From: Flavobacteriaceae bacterium
GTDB taxonomy: Bacteria; Bacteroidota; Bacteroidia; Flavobacteriales; Flavobacteriaceae
Assembly (NCBI GenBank): GCA_037969605.1
Contig: JBBKXS010000324.1
Coordinates: 1 to 36,644 of the forward strand
Reading direction: 5' to 3'
DNA length: 36,644 nt
Shown: positions 1 to 10,020 of the stretch, in pieces
Layout: each line of letters begins with the position of its first letter
Numbering within the stretch: the stretch's first letter is position 1
Translations under genes and position numbers: made by a program
The notes under the pieces: model-generated
The model's database searches: none
Told to the model about the DNA's origin: nothing
What the model saw: only the letters and a program-made list of their open reading frames with translations

Positions 1-19
1 GAATATTCCAACTCCATAA

Positions 20-943
20 ATGTTATCTAGTTTTTTTAGCAAAGCGAAACCTATACATTTTGTAATTGTAAGTCTAATACTTTTATTGGTTTTTATTATT
101 GCTAAATTTTATAGTATTAATGAACCTTTTACGCTAAGAGTTTTGATAAAGCAAACAGGGCTTTTGGCAGTATGTTTGTCATCGGTTTTTGTATTGGACT
201 TTTTAGTAAGCAGAAACAACCTTACTAAAAAAAACAGTTACAAAATATTAATCTTTAGTTTATTTGTTGCACTACTACCAGCGACCATTTTAAATTCAAA
301 ATTGCTAATAGCCAATCTTTTTATTTTACTGGCATTACGGCGCCTGATTAGCCTAAGGACCAACAAAGACATCAAAAAAAAGTTATTTGATGCTTCATTT
401 TGGATATGTATAGCAACCTTGTTTTATTTCTGGTCTATCCTATTTTATGTTTTAATTATCACGGCACTCATGCTTTATAGGATTGTGGATATAAAAAACT
501 GGATTGTTCCATTTGTGGGAGCTCTAACAGTTTTAGTTATTGGAGTTTCGTATATGGTTTTGGTGGGTCACGATGTTTTTGAATATTCAAATAATCTGAT
601 ATCTTTCAGCTTCGATTATAGTCCATTAAATTCTAAAAGAACAGTAGTTGCCTCCACCATTATCTTGTCGTATGGTATTTGGGCTTTACTTTACTTTGTA
701 AGATATTTAAAAGCTAAATCTAAAAAATCAAGACCCTCTTTTATTCTCATTGTTTTTGCGGTCTTTGTTGGGCTTTTTATTATAGGGGTTTCACCAAATA
801 AAAATGGCAGCGAATTTCTTTTTCTTTTTGCACCATTATCAATCATTATCACCAACTATTTAGAAACGATTTCTGAAAAATGGTTTAAAGAAGCCCTGCT
901 TTTAGGGCTCGTGGTAACCCCCATAATTATTTTATTGTTGTAG
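20..943 (+). CDS. Multi-pass membrane protein (DUF6427-like, conserved in Bacteroidota)
   Basis: 307 aa, about 9 hydrophobic segments; position convergent on upp recalled as typical flavobacterial synteny. Confidence 0.7.
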   Translation: MLSSFFSKAKPIHFVIVSLILLLVFIIAKFYSINEPFTLRVLIKQTGLLAVCLSSVFVLDFLVSRNNLTKKNSYKILIFSLFVALLPATILNSKLLIANLFILLALRRLISLRTNKDIKKKLFDASFWICIATLFYFWSILFYVLIITALMLYRIVDIKNWIVPFVGALTVLVIGVSYMVLVGHDVFEYSNNLISFSFDYSPLNSKRTVVASTIILSYGIWALLYFVRYLKAKSKKSRPSFILIVFAVFVGLFIIGVSPNKNGSEFLFLFAPLSIIITNYLETISEKWFKEALLLGLVVTPIIILLL

Positions 944-1591
944 TTTTTCACCAAAGGCCAAATCGCCAGCATCTCCTAGCCCGGGTATAATATAACCTTT
1001 ATCGTTGAGATGTTCATCAATGGATGCAATCCATAAATGTGTGTTATCATCAAAATGCTTTTGAATATACTCGACACCTTCAATGGCCCCAATTATACTC
1101 ACTAAATGGATGTCTTTAGGAACTCCAAACGGTTTTAAAGCATTAAAAGTAGACAGCATAGATTGCCCAGTGGCCAACATAGGATCGGCAAGAATAAGGG
1201 TTTTGTTTTCAAGATTTGGACAAGCAAGGTATTCAACTATGATTTCAAAACTTTCAGGATTGTGTTTATGATGTCTAAAAGCAGAAATAAAAGCATTTTC
1301 GGCAGCATCAAAATAATTCAAAAGGCCATTATGAAGTGGCACCCCCGCCCTTAATATTGAACAAAGAACAATGTCACTATTAATTAAATGGATATCGCAA
1401 GTCCCTAAAGGGGTTTTAACAATTGATTTTTTATAATTCAAAACCTTGCTCATTTCATAACCCAAAACCTCACCAATACGTTCAATATTACGCCTAAAGC
1501 GCATACTGTCTTTTTGAATTTCTACATCTCTCATTTCAGCAACAAAGGTGTTTAAAATAGAATTTTGAAGAGATAAATCATGAATTTTCAT
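932..1591 (-). CDS. upp: Uracil phosphoribosyltransferase
   Basis: SILRAG, PRPP-binding ILADPMLATGQS, C-terminal GYIIPGLGDAGD motifs. Confidence 0.96.
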   Translation of the reverse strand: MKIHDLSLQNSILNTFVAEMRDVEIQKDSMRFRRNIERIGEVLGYEMSKVLNYKKSIVKTPLGTCDIHLINSDIVLCSILRAGVPLHNGLLNYFDAAENAFISAFRHHKHNPESFEIIVEYLACPNLENKTLILADPMLATGQSMLSTFNALKPFGVPKDIHLVSIIGAIEGVEYIQKHFDDNTHLWIASIDEHLNDKGYIIPGLGDAGDLAFGEKLQQ

Positions 1592-1610
1592 AGCTAGAGT
1601 GTGGATTTTA

Positions 1611-1618
1611 CAAAGGTA
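1611..1618 (-). promoter_or_regulatory. Bacteroidota primary-sigma -7 element (TACCTTTG) for upp
   Basis: Exact TAnnTTTG match 19 nt upstream of the upp ATG. Confidence 0.65.
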
Positions 1619-1664
1619 AAGTTAACCAAAATAGAACTATATTTACACTTTAAATTACAGCGTC

Positions 1665-2273
1665 ATGTTTACAAGTAAGGCTCATAAGATTTTTCAGGAA
1701 GTTATTGAAAAATATCATATTATAAATTCAGTGGATCAGGCATTTATTAATCCGTATAACAAAGACTCCAATCTAATTGAACATTTATTATACAGAAAAT
1801 GTTGGATCGATACAGTACAATGGCATTATGAGGACATTATTCGAGACCCAAAGATTGATCCTGTTGCGGCCTTAAAATTGAAACGCAAAATAGATGCTTC
1901 AAACCAAGACAGAACGGATATGGTGGAATACATTGATAGCTATTTTATGGAGATTTATAAAAATGCTATTCCTAAAATTGATGCGACGATAAATACTGAA
2001 AGTCCTGCCTGGGGAATAGATAGGTTATCCATTTTAGCCTTGAAAATTTATCACATGAATGAGGAAGCTAATCGGATCGATGCTTCTGAAGCCCATAGAA
2101 CGGCTTGTCAATCAAAATTCAAAGTGTTGTTGGAGCAAAGAGTTGATCTATCTACCGCTATTGACACCTTACTTAAAGATATTGAAAACGGCGATAAATA
2201 CATGAAAGTGTACAAACAAATGAAAATGTACAATGATGAAGAGTTGAATCCAGTTTTAAGATCACAAAAATAA
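1665..2273 (+). CDS. DUF4254-like protein
   Basis: WIDTVQWHYED, KRKIDASNQDRTD, NTESPAWGIDRLSILALKIYHM motifs; lies upstream of a GT9 gene. Confidence 0.8.
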   Translation: MFTSKAHKIFQEVIEKYHIINSVDQAFINPYNKDSNLIEHLLYRKCWIDTVQWHYEDIIRDPKIDPVAALKLKRKIDASNQDRTDMVEYIDSYFMEIYKNAIPKIDATINTESPAWGIDRLSILALKIYHMNEEANRIDASEAHRTACQSKFKVLLEQRVDLSTAIDTLLKDIENGDKYMKVYKQMKMYNDEELNPVLRSQK

Positions 2274-2318
2274 ATTTGTATTCTCAAACTCCACTAGGGT
2301 ATTACCAATTAGGTTGAA

Positions 2319-3338
2319 ATGCCAAAACCAATAAAACATATACTTGTAATTCGCCTTTCCGCAATGGGAGACGTTGCCATGACCGTTCCTGTTTTAAGAG
2401 CATTTACCCAAAAATATCCTGAAGTCAAATTAACAGTTCTTACCCGGGAATTTTTCGCCCCTTTTTTCCGGAATATACCGAATGTTGCCATTTATGCCGT
2501 AGATGTCAAAAAAAAGCACAAAGGGCTGTTTGGGCTTTGCAGATTGTCAAAAGAACTGAAAAAACTTAAAATTGACGCTGTTGCTGATTTGCACAATGTG
2601 TTGCGAAGTAAGATTTTAAAATTGTTTTTATCTGGAAAAAAAGTTGTTCAAATCGATAAAGGCCGTAAGGAAAAGAAAGCTTTGGTTTCTGGCGAAATAA
2701 TTCAGCAACTTAAAACCACACACCAACGTTACGCCGATGTATTTGAAAAGCTTGGGTTTTCAATCAACTTAACTAACCCGACATTTCCTAAAAAGGAAAT
2801 TATAAATCAAGGGGTTTCAAAAATAACGGGGAAAAAGACCAATAAATGGATCGGTTTAGCGCCATTTGCCGCTTACGAAAGTAAAATGTATCCATTGGAT
2901 GCCATGGAACAAGTTATTGAAAGCCTTTCTAAAACGCACAAGGTTATTTTGTTTGGAGGTGGAGAAAATGAAATTCAGATTTTAAACACACTTGAGGAAA
3001 AATTTCATAATACAATTAACGTTGCGGGATCATTGACATTGGAAGACGAGTTAAATCTGATTTCAAATTTAGAGCTGATGCTTTCTATGGATTCTGGTAA
3101 TGCACATATCGCTGCAATGCTAGGAATTAAGGTTGTTACCATTTGGGGAGTGACACATCCTTATGCGGGGTTTGCGCCTTTTAATCAGCCAGAAGATTAT
3201 TTATTGCTTTCAGATCGAAAACAATTCCCGTTAATTCCGACTTCTGTTTACGGAAACAAGTATCCAGAGAACTATAGAGAGGTTTCAAGAAGCATTGCTC
3301 CAGAAACCATAATAAAAAAGTTAGAATCTATTATTTAG
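2319..3338 (+). CDS. Glycosyltransferase family 9 (LPS heptosyltransferase-like)
   Basis: ILVIRLSAMGDVAMT at N-terminus; MDSGNAHIAAMLG nucleotide-sugar motif. Confidence 0.92.
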   Translation: MPKPIKHILVIRLSAMGDVAMTVPVLRAFTQKYPEVKLTVLTREFFAPFFRNIPNVAIYAVDVKKKHKGLFGLCRLSKELKKLKIDAVADLHNVLRSKILKLFLSGKKVVQIDKGRKEKKALVSGEIIQQLKTTHQRYADVFEKLGFSINLTNPTFPKKEIINQGVSKITGKKTNKWIGLAPFAAYESKMYPLDAMEQVIESLSKTHKVILFGGGENEIQILNTLEEKFHNTINVAGSLTLEDELNLISNLELMLSMDSGNAHIAAMLGIKVVTIWGVTHPYAGFAPFNQPEDYLLLSDRKQFPLIPTSVYGNKYPENYREVSRSIAPETIIKKLESII

Positions 3339-3352
3339 AATGATATCTGGAT

Positions 3353-4408
3353 TTAAATATCATCATAATCTACATAAATATTTGGGGTAATTGGATGTGA
3401 TTGGCAGGTCAAAATTAATCCATCGGCAACTTCGCTGTCTGTTAAAATATTGTTTTGTCTCATTTTTACCTCACCCGATTTAAGTCTTGCCAAACAACTG
3501 CTACAAATTCCGCCTTGGCAGGAATAAGGAGCATCTAGGTCTTCATCCAAAGCAGCTTCAAGAACGGATTGCTTCGGAGACATTTCAAAAGTAGACTCCA
3601 CATCATCTATCATGACCGTTACCTTTGTTTTTCCAAGCGGGACATCTTCATTAATAACATCCGTTTGCTTTGCAGCTTTAAAAAGTTCAAAATGGATGCG
3701 TTCTTTTGCTATGCCATGTTCGGTTAAAACATCTTTTACTGTATGTATCATGGCTTCTGGGCCACAAATATAAAAAGCATCAACATCTATGTGTTTATAC
3801 TTGTTTTTCATGACATAATTCACTATGCTTTTTTCTATACGCCCAAAAACAGCTTGGTCTTCATCGGCTTGACTGAACACAAACTGAATGGAAAGACGAG
3901 TGCTATATTGATGTTGAAGTTCTAAAAGTTCATTTAAGAACATGGTGTCTTGGGTGGTTTTGTTACCATAAACCAAAATCACTTTACTATAGATCTCTTC
4001 TTCCAGGGCACATTTCACAATGCTTAAAACCGGAGTAATACCACTTCCTGCAACAAAAGCGGCAATGTTTTTGGTTTTCGAATCATTGGGCTCAAATATA
4101 AAGCGGCCTTTAGGAGGGGCAACATCTAAGGCATTACCAACTTTTAATTCTTGATTAGCATAAGACGAAAACGTCCCATCCATGACCTCTTTTACCGCGA
4201 CTTTAAGCTCACCGCTTTTTGGCGAAGAACAAAGCGAGTAATCACGTCTAACTTCATGACCATCAATAACACTTTTTAGGGTAATATATTGACCTGCCTT
4301 GAAGGTAAAAGTCTCTTTTAATTGTTCAGGGACATCAAAACTAAGGGTGACAGCTTTTTCTGTTTCCCGATGGATATCTTTTATTTGGAGCTTATAAAAT
4401 TGCGACAT
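3353..4408 (-). CDS. PaaE-like ferredoxin-NAD(P) reductase with C-terminal 2Fe-2S domain
   Basis: FKAGQY, RRDYSLCS (FAD), AGSGITP, YICGP (NAD), CQGGICSSC...LTC (2Fe-2S). Start moved to ATG 4408 because a -7 box covers 4421-4428. Confidence 0.88.
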   Translation of the reverse strand: MSQFYKLQIKDIHRETEKAVTLSFDVPEQLKETFTFKAGQYITLKSVIDGHEVRRDYSLCSSPKSGELKVAVKEVMDGTFSSYANQELKVGNALDVAPPKGRFIFEPNDSKTKNIAAFVAGSGITPVLSIVKCALEEEIYSKVILVYGNKTTQDTMFLNELLELQHQYSTRLSIQFVFSQADEDQAVFGRIEKSIVNYVMKNKYKHIDVDAFYICGPEAMIHTVKDVLTEHGIAKERIHFELFKAAKQTDVINEDVPLGKTKVTVMIDDVESTFEMSPKQSVLEAALDEDLDAPYSCQGGICSSCLARLKSGEVKMRQNNILTDSEVADGLILTCQSHPITPNIYVDYDDI

Positions 4409-4420
4409 GAATTTTTTTTG

Positions 4421-4428
4421 CAAAAATA
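4421..4428 (-). promoter_or_regulatory. -7 promoter element (TATTTTTG) for the PaaE-like gene
   Basis: TAnnTTTG match 12 nt upstream of ATG 4408. Confidence 0.6.
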
Positions 4429-4509
4429 AGAAATAGAGATGTTAAAAGGGTTTTGATTGTAACAAAAAGAGTTTTAATATTACCAATGTATTAAATACTG
4501 GCCAAAATC

Positions 4510-5988
4510 ATGATTAAACATTTTTTAAGATTAGAGTGGAAACAATTTTTTAGATCGGCTAGTTTTGGAAAAGGGGTTGCCCTTAAAATATTGTTGTTGT
4601 TTTTAGCGCTCTATTTTATAGCCACTTTTTTGGCCATTGGGCTGTCTCTTTATCCGTTGTTGAAAAAAGTATTTCCGGAAAAAGACCCATTCATTATCGT
4701 AAATGGGTTTATATTTTATTGGATTATGTTTGATCTTCTCATTCGGTTTTTCTTTCAGAAACTCCCTGTAATGAGCGTAAAACCATTATTAACATTGCCT
4801 ATCAAAAGAGGCAAGGTTGTTAATTATGTTTTAGGAAAATCGGCAATGTCATTCTTTAACTTTTTACCGCTTTTCGCCATTATTCCTTTTGGCATAACAT
4901 TAATTTTTAAGGATTACAATATAGCTTCAGTATTAATATGGATGCTTTTAATGTTCGGTATAGCATTAATCATTAATTTTTTAAATTTTATAATTGAAAG
5001 CCTTACTGCTGAATCAGAATTATCGTTTTTGCCCTTAATAGTAATATTGGGGATTTTGTTTTCGATTAACTATTTCAATATTTTATCACTTTCGGAAAGC
5101 CTTTCAAAAAGCATCATTACTATTACCAATAACCCCATCCTGATTGTTGTGCCTATTTTGGTTTTAATTGTGCTTTATTGGTACAATTTCAAAATTCTAA
5201 AGAACAAATTGTATTTGGATAGCTCCCTTAAATCTAAAACCCAAGAAGTCAAAACTTCTGATCTGGCTTGGACACGACGATTTGGTGATGTAGCTCCATT
5301 TATGCAATTGGATTTAAAATTAATCTGGAGAAATAAAAGGCCAAGATCCAGTGTATTTATTTTGATTATTGGGTTGCTGTACGGATTGTTTTTTTACCCG
5401 AACCCAATTTACCAAGGTATGGCCTTTTTATATGGTTTTGTAGGGATTTTTGTCACAGGAATTTTCTTGATCAATTTTGGGCAATTTATTCCAGCTTGGG
5501 ATAGTGGTTATTACAAAATGTTGATGACCCAGAATATTAAATATCAGGATTATTTAAAATCAAAATATGTGCTCATGTCCTTAAGTGTAGTCATTCTCTT
5601 TGTGTTGAGCATCCCATATGTATATTTTGGGTGGAAAATTTTGTTGGCACATTTCGCGGCTGCAATTTATAATATAGGGGTAAATGCCCACGTGATTTTG
5701 TTTGGAGGGTCTTTTAACAGAAAGAAAATAGATTTAGACAAACGGGCAGCATTTAATTACCAAGGCACAGGAGCAGTACAATGGCTGCTGGGCATTCCTT
5801 TAATGTTGGTCCCTATGGGCATATTTTCGGCATTTTATTTCTTAATAAATTTTGAAGCAGGCATTACAGCCATAGTACTTTGCGGTTTATTGGGAATTGT
5901 TTTTCATCAAAGATTAATGAGATTTATTACTTCAAAATATTTAGATTCTAAGTATAAAATGATTGACGCGTTTAGTCAAGACAATTAA
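4510..5988 (+). CDS. ABC transporter permease-like membrane protein (DUF5687-like)
   Basis: 492 aa, about 12 TM segments in two halves; directly upstream of an ABC ATPase. Confidence 0.8.
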   Translation: MIKHFLRLEWKQFFRSASFGKGVALKILLLFLALYFIATFLAIGLSLYPLLKKVFPEKDPFIIVNGFIFYWIMFDLLIRFFFQKLPVMSVKPLLTLPIKRGKVVNYVLGKSAMSFFNFLPLFAIIPFGITLIFKDYNIASVLIWMLLMFGIALIINFLNFIIESLTAESELSFLPLIVILGILFSINYFNILSLSESLSKSIITITNNPILIVVPILVLIVLYWYNFKILKNKLYLDSSLKSKTQEVKTSDLAWTRRFGDVAPFMQLDLKLIWRNKRPRSSVFILIIGLLYGLFFYPNPIYQGMAFLYGFVGIFVTGIFLINFGQFIPAWDSGYYKMLMTQNIKYQDYLKSKYVLMSLSVVILFVLSIPYVYFGWKILLAHFAAAIYNIGVNAHVILFGGSFNRKKIDLDKRAAFNYQGTGAVQWLLGIPLMLVPMGIFSAFYFLINFEAGITAIVLCGLLGIVFHQRLMRFITSKYLDSKYKMIDAFSQDN

Positions 5989-6000
5989 ATTAAAAACATT

Positions 6001-6708
6001 ATGATTATTACTTCAAACCTATCAAAAAAATATAACGAAAACTTGGTTTTAGACATTCCACATTTAGATATTCCAAAAGGGCAAAGCTTTGGTTTGGTAG
6101 GGAATAATGGAGCAGGTAAAACCACCTATTTTAGCTTGCTATTGGATTTGATAAAACCAACTACAGGATATATTAAAAACAACAATATTCTAGTAAGCGA
6201 AAGTGAAGATTGGAAACCTTTTACCTCTTCCTTTATTGACGAAAGTTTTTTGATTGGGTATCTCACACCAGAAGAATATTTTTATTTTATTGGAGAATTA
6301 CGTGGGCAAAACAAGGCTGATGTCAATACTTTGGTGGCCCAATTTGAGGATTTTTTCCATGGCGAGATTTTAAACCAAAAAAAATACCTTCGTGATTTAA
6401 GCAAAGGTAACCAGAAAAAAGTAGGTATTGTTTCTGCCTTAATAGGCAATCCAGAAGTTATAGTTCTTGACGAACCATTTGCGAATTTAGATCCCACCAC
6501 CCAAATTCGTTTAAAAGGAATTATTAAGGATCTTGCCGAAACAAAAGGCGTTACCGTATTGATTTCCAGTCACGATTTAATGCATGTTACCGATGTGTGC
6601 GAGCGTATTGTTGTTCTCGAAAAAGGTGAAATAATTAAAGACACCGTAACGAGTAAAGCCACTTTAAAAGAATTGGAAGCATATTTTGCAGGATCAGAGA
6701 CTTTCTAA
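6001..6708 (+). CDS. ABC transporter ATP-binding protein
   Basis: Walker A GNNGAGKT, signature LSKGNQKK, Walker B IVLDEP, H-loop SSH. Confidence 0.95.
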   Translation: MIITSNLSKKYNENLVLDIPHLDIPKGQSFGLVGNNGAGKTTYFSLLLDLIKPTTGYIKNNNILVSESEDWKPFTSSFIDESFLIGYLTPEEYFYFIGELRGQNKADVNTLVAQFEDFFHGEILNQKKYLRDLSKGNQKKVGIVSALIGNPEVIVLDEPFANLDPTTQIRLKGIIKDLAETKGVTVLISSHDLMHVTDVCERIVVLEKGEIIKDTVTSKATLKELEAYFAGSETF

Positions 6709-6813
6709 AAGTCGGGTGTTTTTTCACAATAATTCAAAAAGATGCTTATTTTTACAGCAATACATAATATTTGCTGTCGCTTTTTAGTTATACATGAACC
6801 AAATACAACCAAC

Positions 6814-9366
6814 GTGAGCATATCTTTCAGAGCCATATTACTAGTGTTTATTGCTTCACTTTTTGTTGCCAGTTGTTCACGTAAAAAAGATAAATTTATC
6901 AATCGTAATTTTCATGCATTAGGCACAAAATACAATGTCTTGTACAATGGCAATATCGCATTAGAAAATGGAAGGGAAACCATTGACGACGCATTCACGG
7001 ATAATTATTGGGAGACTTTGCAGGTTGAACGCATGCAGGTTAGTGATGAGGTGATTCTTCCTGGGCAATCCAAAAATAAAGATTTTGAAGTAGCCGAAGA
7101 AAAAGCCATAAAAGCAATTCAAAAGCATGGCATGAATATTAAGGGTAAGGAACACAATCCACAAATTGATGAGGCTTATTTGCTTCTTGGAAAGGCCAGA
7201 TATTATGATCAACGTTTTGTGCCGGCATTGGAAGCTTTCAATTTTATTCTTTATAAATATCCGTCAAGCGATAAAATCAATCAAGCAAAAATCTGGAGGG
7301 AAAAGACCAATATCCGTCTAGAAAATAACGAATTGGCCATCAAGAACCTAAAGAGATTAATTGAAAAAGAAGCGTTAAAAGACCAGGATTTAGCAGACGC
7401 AACAGCAATGTTGGCTTTAGCCTATATCAATATTAAAGCTAAGGATAGTGCCTTAACACAATTGTCATTAGCAGCTAAACACACAAGAAAGAACAACGAA
7501 AAAGCGCGGTATAACTTTATAAGAGGTCAGATTTATAACGAATTTGGATATAAAGACAGTGCCAATATGGCGTTTGAAAAGGTCATTGAATTGAACAGAA
7601 AGGTTCCAAGAGCATACCACATCAATGCGCATTTAGCAAAAGCCAATAATTTTGATTTTGAAAAGGGTAATAAATTGGAATTCACAGAGTATTTGACCGA
7701 TTTGGAAGAGAACAGGGAAAACCGCCCATTTTTGGATAAGATATATTATCAAATTGCGGAATTTCACAAGAAAAATAAATCAGATACAATAGCCGAAATC
7801 TATTATAATAAATCCATTCGCACCAATACGCAGGACAAGCAATTATTGGCGTTTGATTACTCCAACCTTGGCGATATGAGTTTTGACAGATCCCAATATA
7901 AAATTGCTGGGGCATATTATGATAGCACATTAACAAGCCTAACTCTGAATTCTAAGCCCTATCGACAGATAAAACGAAAAAGGGACAATTTGGAAGAGGT
8001 TATTTATTATGAAGATGTAGCGCAAGTTAACGATAGTATTTTAGACCTTGTTAAGCTGTCTGATGAGGAACGATTGGCTTATTTTAAAAAATTTACTAAT
8101 GATTTAAAGGAAAAAGCAGAGGCAAAAAAGGAAAAGGAAGAAATCCCCAAACGACTTAATTCGGGTTTAGTTACTGCTAATAATTTAGATTCTGGACCAC
8201 AAAGAGGAAATTTTAACCCAATTTCTGAAAACAGTGGACAACAAAAATTCTATTTTTATAATCAAACGACTGTGTCTTTTGGAAAGAATGAATTTCTAAA
8301 AATTTGGGGAGATCGTTCTCTTAAAGATAATTGGAGGTTTTCAAGTAGCAATACCTCCAATAGAAATCAACAAGTTAACGCTATTGTGGCAGGTGCAACT
8401 GAAGAAGAACTTTACAACCCCGAATTTTACATTTCTAAAATTCCAACAGAACAAAAATCAATAGACAGTTTGTCAAAAGACAGAAATTACGCTTATTACC
8501 AACTTGGAGTCATTTACAAAGAAAAGTTTAATGAACTTGAGTTGGCCAAAGACAAGCTTATAGAATTGCTTAAAAGCGATCCTGAAGAGCGTTTGATTCT
8601 TCCTGCAAAATATCAGCTCTATAAGATCTATTCAGAATTAAACTTAAGTAGTGAAGCAGAAATCGCTAAAAAAGACATCATTTCAAATTATCCTGAATCG
8701 AAATACGCCGAATTGTTGTTAAATCCAAAATCAGAATTGGCAAAAGATGAAAATAGCCCAGAAAGTGTATATGAAAGGCTGTATGCAGAATACCTAAATC
8801 AACACTATGCCAATGTAATTGAACAAAGCGATATGTACATCAAACAATTTGAAGGTGAAATCATAGTTCCTAAATTTGAAATTTTAAAGACATCAGCAAA
8901 GGGACGTCTTTACGGGTTTGAATCCTATAAAGAAGGCATAAACTATATCGCATTAAATTATCCTAATTCAGTAGAAGGAAAAAAAGCTCAGGAGATCTTA
9001 GAGGTTGTCATTCCAACACTTGGAAAGAAAGAGTTTATAGATGAAGCTACAACCAAAAACTGTAAAGTTATCTATCAATTTGAAAATAGCGCGAAAGAAA
9101 ACATCGATGAGTTTTATAAGAAGCTAAATGAAGAGATCGTTCAAATTAGATATTTTGAATTAAGCGCCTCAAAAGATGTTTACAATAATAGCACAACATT
9201 TATCGTCGTGCATGGTTTTAAAAGTATTGGTGGCGCTATCGGGTTTGCTGATTTGCTAAGGGAGCGAAAAGCCAAAATAACAAGACCCTATTTTGCGATT
9301 TCTTCACCTAATTATGAGATCATTCAAATGCATAAAAATTTAGAGGAATACTTAAACACACAATAA
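6814..9366 (+). CDS. sprE: TPR lipoprotein SprE/PorW (T9SS and gliding motility)
   Basis: Probable GTG start at 6814 gives a type II signal peptide (LFVASC-SRKKD); TPR repeats; YNVLYNG and FYFYN...WGDRSLKDNWR motifs; recalled synteny with bactofilin and atp genes. Confidence 0.8.
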   Translation: MSISFRAILLVFIASLFVASCSRKKDKFINRNFHALGTKYNVLYNGNIALENGRETIDDAFTDNYWETLQVERMQVSDEVILPGQSKNKDFEVAEEKAIKAIQKHGMNIKGKEHNPQIDEAYLLLGKARYYDQRFVPALEAFNFILYKYPSSDKINQAKIWREKTNIRLENNELAIKNLKRLIEKEALKDQDLADATAMLALAYINIKAKDSALTQLSLAAKHTRKNNEKARYNFIRGQIYNEFGYKDSANMAFEKVIELNRKVPRAYHINAHLAKANNFDFEKGNKLEFTEYLTDLEENRENRPFLDKIYYQIAEFHKKNKSDTIAEIYYNKSIRTNTQDKQLLAFDYSNLGDMSFDRSQYKIAGAYYDSTLTSLTLNSKPYRQIKRKRDNLEEVIYYEDVAQVNDSILDLVKLSDEERLAYFKKFTNDLKEKAEAKKEKEEIPKRLNSGLVTANNLDSGPQRGNFNPISENSGQQKFYFYNQTTVSFGKNEFLKIWGDRSLKDNWRFSSSNTSNRNQQVNAIVAGATEEELYNPEFYISKIPTEQKSIDSLSKDRNYAYYQLGVIYKEKFNELELAKDKLIELLKSDPEERLILPAKYQLYKIYSELNLSSEAEIAKKDIISNYPESKYAELLLNPKSELAKDENSPESVYERLYAEYLNQHYANVIEQSDMYIKQFEGEIIVPKFEILKTSAKGRLYGFESYKEGINYIALNYPNSVEGKKAQEILEVVIPTLGKKEFIDEATTKNCKVIYQFENSAKENIDEFYKKLNEEIVQIRYFELSASKDVYNNSTTFIVVHGFKSIGGAIGFADLLRERKAKITRPYFAISSPNYEIIQMHKNLEEYLNTQ

Positions 9367-9371
9367 TAACA

Positions 9372-9800
9372 ATGTTTTTAGATCTAAAAAAGGAAAAAAT
9401 GGCAGTAGCAGAAACATATTCGCAGCAAAATCTTATTGCACAAGGCACAACTATAACAGGGGATATTATTAGTGAAGGGGACTTTAGAATTGAAGGTAAT
9501 ATTCAAGGGAATTTAAAAACCCCAGGTAAAGTTGTTATAGGTAAAACAGGAATCATCAATGGGACGCTCAAAGGAGCTAACGCAGACATTGAAGGGAAGT
9601 TTTCAGGGAAACTAATCATATCAGATACTTTAGCATTAAAATCATCAGCTCATGTTGAAGGCGAAGTTGAGGTTGGTAAATTGGCTGTTGAGCCAGGAGC
9701 AACATTTAATGCCACTTGCGTAATGAAAGGATCAATAAAAGAACTTAATAAAAGTGGATCAACAGGACGATCAGAATCGGAAAAAGAACAATCCGCTTAA
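9372..9800 (+). CDS. Bactofilin (polymer-forming cytoskeletal protein)
   Basis: IAQGTTITGDIISEGDFRIEGNIQGNL beta-helix repeats ending LAVEPGATFNATCVM. Confidence 0.92.
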   Translation: MFLDLKKEKMAVAETYSQQNLIAQGTTITGDIISEGDFRIEGNIQGNLKTPGKVVIGKTGIINGTLKGANADIEGKFSGKLIISDTLALKSSAHVEGEVEVGKLAVEPGATFNATCVMKGSIKELNKSGSTGRSESEKEQSA

Positions 9801-10020
9801 TGCTTATGCTCGTTTTTCTGGAATTGGCTTTCAAATGATTGCCATTATTTCATTAGGAGTTTATGGTGGAGTAAAATTGGATCAAAAATTCCCAAACAAA
9901 TACAGTCTTTTTACAATAACACTATCTTTGTTGGCAATAGCAGCTTCTTTGATAAGTGCTATAAGACAAGTAACAAACTTCACAAATAAAAAAGACACTA
10001 ATGACAAAAGAAACGATTAA
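9754..10020 (+). CDS. AtpZ/AtpI-family (ATPase gene 1) small membrane protein
   Basis: GTG start; two TM helices with GFQM...GGVKLDQKF pattern; upstream of atpB. Confidence 0.8.
   Translation: MDQQDDQNRKKNNPLNAYARFSGIGFQMIAIISLGVYGGVKLDQKFPNKYSLFTITLSLLAIAASLISAIRQVTNFTNKKDTNDKRND

Noticed and set aside
413-437. GCAACCTT...GTCTA resembling the ECF motif
   Set aside because: Wrong spacing, mismatched -10 and inside a CDS
932-943. Convergent gene overlaps or abutments (also 22535/22536 and 25255-25258)
   Set aside because: Common in compact flavobacterial genomes; no specific evidence of antisense regulation
4458-4485. TGTAACA...TTACCA upstream of the ABC permease as a second ECF-type promoter
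   Set aside because: Single instance in AT-rich DNA; cannot be supported without a genome-wide scan
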